Source: a virus
Length of the DNA: 35,037 nucleotides
Direction: 5' to 3' (one strand)
IMG/VR virus record: IMGVR_UViG_3300022832_000002
Coordinates: 1 to 35,037 of that record
Both the position numbers and the translations under genes were made by a program. The first letter of the stretch is position 1. Every line of letters starts with the position of its first letter. The notes below the pieces were generated by a model that saw only the letters and a program-made list of their open reading frames with translations, was not told the origin of the DNA and did not search any database. Positions 13,355 to 21,405 of the stretch are shown here, piece by piece.

Positions 13355-14833
13355 ATGGCGCTTATCCCGCTCAATATCCCAGCAGGGCAGTATCGCAACG
13401 GCACTGAATACCAATCGCTTGGCCGGTGGCGCGATGGCAACCTGATCCGGTTCCATGAGGGTTCCCTGCGTCCTGTTGGCGGTTGGCGTCAGCGGGGCAG
13501 CGTAGACATTGCGGGCGTTGTCCGTTCAATGCTTGCGTGGGAGGACAACAGCAACAGCCGCCGGTTGGCCCTTGGCACGCACGACAAGCTGTTTGCCATG
13601 ACCGCTGGCAATGCAGTGACTGACATCACGCCTGTCGGCTTCACAGCCGGTCGGGTGGATGCCACGTTGTCTGTGGGCTTCGGTGCCAGCACCTACGGCA
13701 ACCAGACCTACGGCACGCCCCGTCAGGACACGTCAACGCTGTTGCCCGCTACCACATGGTCGCTGGATAACTGGGGCGAATACCTTGTCGGCTGCACGGC
13801 TGATGACGGCAATCTGTATGAGTGGCAGCTAGACTCTGCTGAAGATGCCGCGCAGATCGCCAACAGCCCAGAGAATTGTTCTGCGCTGATGGTGACAGAA
13901 GAACGATCCCTGTTTGCCTTCGGTGCTGGTGGAAACCCGCGCAAGATTGCGTTCTCTGATCGAGAGGACAACACAGTCTGGACGCCGCTTGCAACTAACG
14001 AAGCGGGCGACATCGAAATCCAGACCAACGGCACAATCCTGCGCGGCCTGCGGACCCGTGGGCAGGCGTTGATCCTGACCGATCAGGACGCCCACACAGC
14101 GACTTACCAAGGACCGCCGTTCGTCTATGGCTTTGAACGTGTCGGCACGTCCTGCGGCCTGATTGCGGCCAATGCGGCGGTTGCGATTGACATGGGCGTT
14201 GTCTGGATGGGCGCGCGCAGTTTTTTCACATACAGCGGCGGTGCCGTGCAGGAATTGCCCAGCGAAGTCAGCGATTACGTTTTCAGCGACTTCAACACCG
14301 ATCAGCGGTCAAAGGTTCACGCCTTAGTCAACAGCCGCTGGAACGAGATATGGTGGTTCTATCCAAGCGGTGCCAGCGTTGAGTGCAACCGCTATGTCGT
14401 CTACGACTACGCGCAGAACGTCTGGTCCACTGGCGACATTGACCGGACCGCAGGCGTGGACAGCGGCGTGTTTCGTCAGCCTATGTGGATCGCTGCCGAC
14501 GGTGTTCTATATGAGCATGAGGCGGGCTATTCCTACAGCGGCGCTACGCCATTCTGCGAAAGCGGGCCAATCACGCTTGGGACTGGCGATCAGGTAATGA
14601 GCGTGCAGCAGTTTATCCCAGACGAACGAACGCTGGGCGATGTCACGGCTACGTTTAAGACGCGGTTTTATCCAACTGCAACTGAACGTAGTTACGGGCC
14701 ATTCAGCATGGCAAACCCGACCAGCATGAGGTTCACCGGGCGTCAGGTGCGGATGCGCGTTGATGGCAACTCTGCGGCTGACTGGCGCGTGGGCGTGATG
14801 CGGCTTGATGCTGTCCCAGGTGGCCGTAGATGA
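13355..14833 (+). CDS. Large virion structural protein (492 aa), a possible tail tube/nozzle component
   Basis: Call rests on position in the tail module and size. No diagnostic motif was recognised. Confidence 0.45.
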   Translation: MALIPLNIPAGQYRNGTEYQSLGRWRDGNLIRFHEGSLRPVGGWRQRGSVDIAGVVRSMLAWEDNSNSRRLALGTHDKLFAMTAGNAVTDITPVGFTAGRVDATLSVGFGASTYGNQTYGTPRQDTSTLLPATTWSLDNWGEYLVGCTADDGNLYEWQLDSAEDAAQIANSPENCSALMVTEERSLFAFGAGGNPRKIAFSDREDNTVWTPLATNEAGDIEIQTNGTILRGLRTRGQALILTDQDAHTATYQGPPFVYGFERVGTSCGLIAANAAVAIDMGVVWMGARSFFTYSGGAVQELPSEVSDYVFSDFNTDQRSKVHALVNSRWNEIWWFYPSGASVECNRYVVYDYAQNVWSTGDIDRTAGVDSGVFRQPMWIAADGVLYEHEAGYSYSGATPFCESGPITLGTGDQVMSVQQFIPDERTLGDVTATFKTRFYPTATERSYGPFSMANPTSMRFTGRQVRMRVDGNSAADWRVGVMRLDAVPGGRR

Positions 14834-15498
14834 GCCGTGTGATCCCGCCATTTACCACAGATGCGAAAGCATGGGCTGAAAACATCCGCCGGTATTTGGC
14901 ACGCGCGCTGGACCAATTGGGTGCGCTTGATGCAAGGGCTACGGCGGCAGAGAACGGCGTGCTGCTGTGGGATCGGGACAACAAGTATCCAGTGGTGTCG
15001 CTTGATGGGGAATGGCGTCAGCTTGTCATTGCCAATGGCTTTGGGTTTCTGACGCAGGACAATGACATCACTGCGGCGGCGGATAACACTGCTTATCCGA
15101 TTGTCTTTGATGCGCCGATGGCTGGGTTTTCGGATGGGATTAGCCTTGGGGCATCGCCCAATCAAAGCCGGATTATCTTTGAGGAGGGCGGCGTTTATTA
15201 CCTGACCTTCACTGCGCAGGTTTACAGCACAAGTGGATCGAAAGTTGATTTTTGGTTTTGGCCAAGGATCAACGGCGTTGACGTGCCGACCGGTGCAACG
15301 CGCGCAAGCCTGCATGACAGCACATCAACAAAGCCTGTCACCAAGGGCGCTATCTTTAGCGTAAGCGCCGGTGATTACCTTGAGGCTTATTGGGCAACGG
15401 ACGATCACACGCGCGGGACGCTTGAAGCATTTGCTGCCACTGCATTTGCGCCCGCCACGCCGTCTGTGTCGCTGTCAGTCACAAGGATCAGGTCTTGA
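14830..15498 (+). CDS. Tail protein with a C1q/TNF-like C-terminal jelly-roll domain
   Basis: ATGA coupling upstream. GGVYYLTFTAQVYSTSG...FWFWPRINGVDV...FSVSAGDYLEAYW resembles the C1q globular-domain strand pattern. Confidence 0.55.
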   Translation: MSRVIPPFTTDAKAWAENIRRYLARALDQLGALDARATAAENGVLLWDRDNKYPVVSLDGEWRQLVIANGFGFLTQDNDITAAADNTAYPIVFDAPMAGFSDGISLGASPNQSRIIFEEGGVYYLTFTAQVYSTSGSKVDFWFWPRINGVDVPTGATRASLHDSTSTKPVTKGAIFSVSAGDYLEAYWATDDHTRGTLEAFAATAFAPATPSVSLSVTRIRS

Positions 15499-15854
15499 AT
15501 ATCATTGACCATTGCCGCCCGTGGATTGATGACGCGCTGGAATACAGCGGCGGGACGCACACGTTTGATGACGTTTCTGAGCGGATACTTGACGGCAAGC
15601 TGCAATTGTGGCCTGCCGAAAGGGGGTGCGCTGTCACAGAGATTGTGATATATCCAAAGAAGAAAGTCCTGCACGTTTTTTTGGCTGGCGGCGAGATGGA
15701 TCAAATCATTGATATGATCGACAGCGCCGTAGCTTGGAGTAAGACACAGGGCTGCACCAGCATGACAATCGCGGGGCGACATGGTTGGAAGCGGGTTCTT
15801 GAGAAATACGGATACAAGCCGGTGATGACGGTCTTGGAAAAGGAGTTTGAATAA
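15495..15854 (+). CDS. Small conserved phage protein (119 aa), possibly GNAT-fold-like
   Basis: TTG start overlaps the upstream stop (TTGA). The fold assignment is a weak impression only. Confidence 0.5.
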   Translation: MNIIDHCRPWIDDALEYSGGTHTFDDVSERILDGKLQLWPAERGCAVTEIVIYPKKKVLHVFLAGGEMDQIIDMIDSAVAWSKTQGCTSMTIAGRHGWKRVLEKYGYKPVMTVLEKEFE

Positions 15855-16501
15855 TGGGTCGCGGCAGCACCACAACCGAAACCAAAATACCAGAGTATCT
15901 TGAGAATGCGGCCAAGGGCAATATTGCCCGCGCAGACCAGATCGCGCAAATTGGCTATGTTCCCTATTACGGGCCAGACGTTGCCGCGATGACGCCAATG
16001 CAGATGGCTGCTGGTGGTAACATCAATGCGGCGGCTGATGCATTTGGTTTGGGTATGCCAACATCTGCGAACGCTGGTATGCCGACTGCGATGGATTACG
16101 GCGGAATGGGCGCATATTCTTCTGGCGGGCTTTATGACCAAGCCCTTGCCGAATTGCAGCAGCGCGCACCTGCGCAATTTGATGCACTTACAGCAATGTT
16201 CATTGATCCGGTTACGGGGCCGCGCGATGGCGGTCTGGGCAACAAGGGTGGCGGTGCAGCAGTTTCCCAGCCATCAGATGGCGGCAGTGATCGAGATGGT
16301 CGTGAGCGTATTCAGCAAGCGCGTGAACGCAGCGGTCCAAGCTCGTTTGCGTCCAGTCGCTTGCGATCGGTTCTGCCGGGCGGTGTATATGATCCATTTC
16401 TTGAGCGGCCAGCCAATCAGGCGATTGCCCGCATAACCAATGCGCTGCCAAGCCGTAGCACAACACCTATGCGCCCAGTGGCGCGTCCAAACAGAAATTG
16501 A
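15854..16501 (+). CDS. Virion internal/ejection protein candidate (215 aa)
   Basis: TAATG coupling upstream. Gly/Ala/Met-rich. The call is by position, upstream of other ejection-type proteins. Confidence 0.5.
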   Translation: MGRGSTTTETKIPEYLENAAKGNIARADQIAQIGYVPYYGPDVAAMTPMQMAAGGNINAAADAFGLGMPTSANAGMPTAMDYGGMGAYSSGGLYDQALAELQQRAPAQFDALTAMFIDPVTGPRDGGLGNKGGGAAVSQPSDGGSDRDGRERIQQARERSGPSSFASSRLRSVLPGGVYDPFLERPANQAIARITNALPSRSTTPMRPVARPNRN

Positions 16502-16513
16502 CGGGGGTAACTC

Positions 16514-17686
16514 ATGGGCCGTGGTTCTAATCCAGCAGCAGCAGCAGCGCCGACACCGATGCCTGCGCCAATGGCTCCAAGGCCGGCGCAAGTAATGCAA
16601 TCTGCACCAACACCAATGCCATCTGCGGTCAACTCCGCAGCGGCAAACAACGTGTTTGGGCAAGCGTCTGGTGCGTTGACTGACGCAATGGGCGGCGCGC
16701 GCAACATCATGGGCTTCCAAGGCCAGCAGGTCGGCACGCAGTTTGGTTATGACCCGCAGCAAGTTGCGGCGCAGCAAGCCGTGGGCGGCATCGGCACCTA
16801 TATGAACCCCTACACGCAACAGGTCATTGATACGTCAATGAACGACCTTGAGCGTCAACGTCAGATGCAGATGAACCAACTGGGTGCGCAGGCGTCTGCG
16901 GCTGGTGCATTTGGCGGATCGCGTCAGGGCGTGGCCGAAAGCCTGACCAACGAAGCGTTCGCACGGCAGGGCGGTGAACTTGCAGCGGGCCTTCGTCAGC
17001 AGGGCTTCCAGACTGCGCTTGGCGCATCTCAGCAGGACGTTGCCAATCAGATGCAAGCTGCGTTGGCAAACCAAGGGGCATTTGGTCGGGCGCAAGAGTT
17101 TGGTCAGGGCATGACGCTGGACGCACAGCAAGCCAACCAGCAAGCCGCACAGCAGGCCGCAAACCTTCGCTTGCAGGCATCTGGTCAGCTTGGAGGCTTG
17201 GGTCAGACTGGCTTCGGTATGGGTCAGGGCATCATTGGGATGCAGCAGCAGCAGGGTTTGTTGCAGCAGCAGAATAACCAGCGATTGATTGACGCTGCCC
17301 GTGCGCAATACGGCGGCTTTGCTAACGCACCGCAGACAGCTTTAAACACGCGCATGGGGGCAACAAGCGCGGGCAACTTTAATCAGGGATCAACAACGGA
17401 GACACGCAATCCGGGTTGGTTTGATTACTTGCAAGCTGGGGCCAATGCTGGCGCAACTTACATGGCGTCTGATCGCCGCTTGAAGACAAACGTCACACCG
17501 ATTGGTGAGCGCAGCGGCGTCAAGCTTTACTCTTGGGACTGGACAGACGAAGGCAAGCGGATCGCCAGCCCAGACCAGCCCACAGTCGGCGTCATGGCCG
17601 ATGAATTGATGGAGACGCACCCGCACCTTGTTCACCGCGCGTCTGACGGTTATCTGCGCGTCAACTATGGCGGGCTGAATATCTGA
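16514..17686 (+). CDS. Gln-rich fibrous protein with a C-terminal S74-type intramolecular chaperone autoprocessing domain
   Basis: GGGGG SD upstream. The C-terminus ASDRRLKTNVTPIGERSGVKLYSWDWTDEG...VGVMADEL...HP.LV matches the Peptidase_S74 chaperone signature (SD.RLK.N). Confidence 0.7.
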   Translation: MGRGSNPAAAAAPTPMPAPMAPRPAQVMQSAPTPMPSAVNSAAANNVFGQASGALTDAMGGARNIMGFQGQQVGTQFGYDPQQVAAQQAVGGIGTYMNPYTQQVIDTSMNDLERQRQMQMNQLGAQASAAGAFGGSRQGVAESLTNEAFARQGGELAAGLRQQGFQTALGASQQDVANQMQAALANQGAFGRAQEFGQGMTLDAQQANQQAAQQAANLRLQASGQLGGLGQTGFGMGQGIIGMQQQQGLLQQQNNQRLIDAARAQYGGFANAPQTALNTRMGATSAGNFNQGSTTETRNPGWFDYLQAGANAGATYMASDRRLKTNVTPIGERSGVKLYSWDWTDEGKRIASPDQPTVGVMADELMETHPHLVHRASDGYLRVNYGGLNI

Positions 17687-19134
17687 TGGTTGATTGGCGC
17701 ACAGATGATCGGGAATTGTTTGCACGCATACTGACTGCCGAGGCTGGCAATCAAGGGCCGGTTGGCATGTTGGCTGCTGGCAATGTCGTTATGAACCGCG
17801 CCAGTCAACCCGGCTATGGCAACGGCGTTCGTGGCGTCATTATGAAGCCCGGTCAATTCTCGCCAATGAACAGCGTCACTGGTTATGCGCGCGGCGAACA
17901 GGGTCAAAACATTGACGCAATCCGCCCAGACGAAACCGCTTACATGGTTGCGGACAGCCTGTTGTCTGGCACGGCTGGTGACATTACAGGCGGCGCAACG
18001 CACTTTTACAACCCCGACATCTCAAACCCATCATGGGCCGAGGGGAAAGATTTCACACGCATTGGCGACCACGTCTTTGGCAGAGCGGATGCGGATCGCG
18101 GCACAACACAGAACACGAGGGCAACAGCCATGAGACAGCCAACGATGATGCCGTCGCAACCGACGCAGGAACAACAGCCCGGTGGCATTCGCGGCCTGCT
18201 TTCCAACCCAGACTTTCTTGACAGCTTGGCCATCGGCTTTGGCGGGCTGACGCAGAACCCCAACCAAGCCTTGATGCAGATGTCTGCGGATCGAATCGCA
18301 GGGCGTGCGCAAACGCGGCAGGATACGCAATCCAAGAACAAGACCATTGAGTTTCTGCGCGCGCAGCCGGGCGGAGAACGCTTTGTGCAGCTTGTTGACG
18401 CAATCGGAGCCGTGGCCGCATTGAAGGCCTATCAAGACTCGCAGGAACCTGCGCCTGACCGTGGCCAGATCCTGAGCGCCGTGCAGATGCGTGAAATGTT
18501 CCCCGGCACACAGATTGAGGACGGTCTTTACAACCTTAAGGCTGACGGCACGGCGAACAAGGTCGGTGGTGGCGGGACCACTGTGAACATGCCCGGCGAG
18601 CAAATGAAGATAATGACTGATGGCCGAATTGCCGTTGCTGATCCTAGCGTTGAAGGTGGCGTCCGCTTTGTGACCGCGCCAGGCAGCCCTGCTGCCCAGG
18701 AAACGCAAGCTGCGCAGGTTGACAAGCAAGCCCAAGCGGCAACAGCGCAAGACAGCTTGGAATTGATTAACAGCGTTTTGAACAGTCCCAGCCTTGAAAG
18801 CGTTACGGGCATGATCCAAGGCCGCTTGCCTGCAATGTCGCAATCAGGGACTGACCTTGTGACCCGAATTGAGCAGCTGCAAGGGCAGGCGTTCTTGCAG
18901 GCGTTTGAAAGCCTCAAGGGTGGCGGCTCTATTACGGAAATAGAAGGGCAGGCTGCAACAAACGCCATCGCAAGGCTTAATCGTGCGCAAAGCGCAGAGG
19001 CATTCAGAGAAAGTCTGCGCGATCTGCAAGAGATTTATCAGCGCGCTGTTGATCGGGTCAGTAACGGCGGATCGGCTGCACCCACAACTACCGGAAACAC
19101 AATTAACGGCGTGACCGTCGGGGAGCCTTACTGA
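17686..19134 (+). CDS. Virion-associated cell wall hydrolase (SleB-like N-terminal domain) fused to a long ejection-protein-like C-terminus
   Basis: LTAEAGNQGPVGMLAAGNVVMNRA...VIMKPGQFSPMN...GATHFYNP matches the SleB/Hydrolase_2 pattern. Confidence 0.75.
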   Translation: MVDWRTDDRELFARILTAEAGNQGPVGMLAAGNVVMNRASQPGYGNGVRGVIMKPGQFSPMNSVTGYARGEQGQNIDAIRPDETAYMVADSLLSGTAGDITGGATHFYNPDISNPSWAEGKDFTRIGDHVFGRADADRGTTQNTRATAMRQPTMMPSQPTQEQQPGGIRGLLSNPDFLDSLAIGFGGLTQNPNQALMQMSADRIAGRAQTRQDTQSKNKTIEFLRAQPGGERFVQLVDAIGAVAALKAYQDSQEPAPDRGQILSAVQMREMFPGTQIEDGLYNLKADGTANKVGGGGTTVNMPGEQMKIMTDGRIAVADPSVEGGVRFVTAPGSPAAQETQAAQVDKQAQAATAQDSLELINSVLNSPSLESVTGMIQGRLPAMSQSGTDLVTRIEQLQGQAFLQAFESLKGGGSITEIEGQAATNAIARLNRAQSAEAFRESLRDLQEIYQRAVDRVSNGGSAAPTTTGNTINGVTVGEPY

Positions 19135-21395
19135 TGGTTGAACGCATTTATCCCGTATCTCGTGACGGCGTTAATTTTGAGGTAAGGGCGCAAAGCCCAG
19201 AGGACGCGGCCCGCATGGCGGCAGAAGCTGACCTTTCCACAACGCCGCGCATCATTTCGCGGAACGGGTCAACGCGCGTCTTTGAACGGCCAAATGGCCA
19301 GCGTTACGTTGTCTCGCCCGGCTTCAGTTCAATGGACCCTGCCGCTGTTGAAAAGGCAATGGCCGGAACCAGCGCGGGCGATATTTCGCGCAGTTCTATT
19401 GATCGGTCGCTGATTGAGGAAAACTTGGGCGCAGCACGGGCAACACAGTTTGCGCGCGGCACGCCTTTTGTGGGGTCAATGGTTGATGAGGCTGTAGGCG
19501 CTTTGCGGGGGCCAAATGCTGCGACTGGAACGCGGGTATTGGCGGGCGCAATGGAGCGTGAGCGGCCTGGCGAAACTGCCGCGCTGAATTTGGCTGGCGG
19601 TGTTGCCGTCCCTGCGGCTGCTTTGGCTGCGCTGACCGCTGCCGCACCAACCGCGATCCCCGCTGGTGTCGGGGCTGTTCTTGGCGCTGGCACGCGCGGT
19701 GCGCAAGCGTTGCGCGGACTTCTGGCTGGCGCGACCGCTGGCGGTGTAGAGGGTGCTGTGTATGGAGCAGGCGAAGGCCAGACGATGCCAGATCGGCTTG
19801 CCGAGGCGCAGTCAGGCGCAGGCTTCGGCGCAGTTGCTGGCGGTCTCATGGGCGCTGCTGGACCTTACGTTGCGCAGGGCGCGTCTAATGTCATGGACAT
19901 GGTGCGCCGCAGCGATGTTGCGCAGATCGCGTCAATCTTTGGAATATCTCCAAACGCTGCGCGCGTAATCAAAAACACATTCCAAATGGGTGGCGACATC
20001 AACGACGCCATTTCACGGGTTGAGATGGCAGGCCAAGAGGGCATGGTGGGCGATGCTGGCGTCGCTGCGCAGGCGTTGCTTGATGCGACTGGTGCATCCA
20101 GCCCCGCAGGCGCACAGGCCGTCAGGGGGCCGCTTGATGAGCGTATGGTGCGCGTCAATGAGCAACTGGACACTGGCATGACAGGTTTGCTTGGGCAGCC
20201 AGCAGAGGGGCCAGTCTCAGCGGTGAACGAAATCATGCGCCGGTCAGGACCGGAGCGCACTGCGCGGTATGATGCTGCATATTCAACGCCAATTGATTAT
20301 GCCGGTCCAACTGGTCGCCAGATTGAAGCAATCGTGACCCAGCGGATTGAGCCTGACATTTTGAACCAAGCCATCCAGCAAGCTAACGCAGAAATGCGGG
20401 ATCGCGGTATGACCAATCAGCAGATCATGGCCCAAATTGGACCCGACGGATCAATGCAGTTTGTTGAGATGCCAAACGTGCGGCAGCTTGACGAATTGAA
20501 AAGGCAGCTAAACGCTCTGGCGCGGGGCGCAAAGAACACTGAAGGGCTTGTCGCCGTAGATACGCCGCAAAGCCTTCGCTACCAGCGTCAGGCTAATGAC
20601 CTGCGCGACGCCATCATTGAAGCCACGGGCGGCCCAAGCGGCACTTATGCGCAGGCCGTCAGGGTCGGCGGCGACACGATCCAAGAGCGCAATGCATTTG
20701 AATTGGGTGAGGCACTTCTAAGCCCCCGCACCCGCGTTGAAAACGTGCGGCTGGAACTTGGTCCAAACCCGTCGCAAGCGCAGATTGAAGCCGCAAAGTC
20801 TGGCCTTCGCACCCGCATTGACCAGATCGTCGGTGACGTGAAACGCATCCCAAGCGATCCAAACATTGACGCACGTCAGGCTCTGGCTGTTTTGCGTGAA
20901 GCTGGCAGCGACAACGCGCGCGAGAAGATTCGGCGCGTTCTTGGCGATGATGCAGATGAAATGCTGCGAATGCTGGATCAGGCAATGGTTGCGGCTGAAA
21001 CCCGTGCCGCCACTTCAGTCAATTCGCGCACGGCAATTCGGCAAGCTACTGACGAGCAGGTGCGCGACATGACCACGCCTGGCATTGTCGGCCAGCTTGC
21101 GCAGGGCGAGCCGATCAACACGGCAAAAGCGGTGGTGCAGGCTGTCACTGGCATGACAAACGAATATACTGTAGCACAGCGCCAGCGCATCTATCAGGAC
21201 ATTGCACGAGCGCTGACGCAAAAGCAGGGCGACGATGCTGTCATTGCTTTGCGTGCGCTTGATGCCGCAATGCAGGGCCAGCAGTTGACCGACTCGCAAA
21301 CAGAGCAGCTTTCCCGATTGCTGGCTGCAACGCTATTCACAACGGCCACACCAGCCACGACACGCGCGCTTGAGTCCGAATACTCGCCTCAATAA
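19134..21395 (+). CDS. Large internal virion/ejection protein (753 aa)
   Basis: Call rests on size, the Ala/Gly-rich hydrophobic region (AGGVAVPAAALAALTAAAPTAIPAGVGAVLGAG) and position between the hydrolase and the portal. Confidence 0.55.
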   Translation: MVERIYPVSRDGVNFEVRAQSPEDAARMAAEADLSTTPRIISRNGSTRVFERPNGQRYVVSPGFSSMDPAAVEKAMAGTSAGDISRSSIDRSLIEENLGAARATQFARGTPFVGSMVDEAVGALRGPNAATGTRVLAGAMERERPGETAALNLAGGVAVPAAALAALTAAAPTAIPAGVGAVLGAGTRGAQALRGLLAGATAGGVEGAVYGAGEGQTMPDRLAEAQSGAGFGAVAGGLMGAAGPYVAQGASNVMDMVRRSDVAQIASIFGISPNAARVIKNTFQMGGDINDAISRVEMAGQEGMVGDAGVAAQALLDATGASSPAGAQAVRGPLDERMVRVNEQLDTGMTGLLGQPAEGPVSAVNEIMRRSGPERTARYDAAYSTPIDYAGPTGRQIEAIVTQRIEPDILNQAIQQANAEMRDRGMTNQQIMAQIGPDGSMQFVEMPNVRQLDELKRQLNALARGAKNTEGLVAVDTPQSLRYQRQANDLRDAIIEATGGPSGTYAQAVRVGGDTIQERNAFELGEALLSPRTRVENVRLELGPNPSQAQIEAAKSGLRTRIDQIVGDVKRIPSDPNIDARQALAVLREAGSDNAREKIRRVLGDDADEMLRMLDQAMVAAETRAATSVNSRTAIRQATDEQVRDMTTPGIVGQLAQGEPINTAKAVVQAVTGMTNEYTVAQRQRIYQDIARALTQKQGDDAVIALRALDAAMQGQQLTDSQTEQLSRLLAATLFTTATPATTRALESEYSPQ

Positions 21396-21405
21396 AGGAC
21401 ACGAC

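Noticed and set aside
18031-18843. Further long antisense or alternate-frame ORFs (for example 18031..18843, 4444..4983, 19304..19849, 22846..23574, 28142..28777, 14743..15315, 33896..34513)
   Set aside because: All overlap better-supported genes on the opposite strand or frame. They lack SD or coupling and have Arg/Pro/Ala-rich shadow composition.
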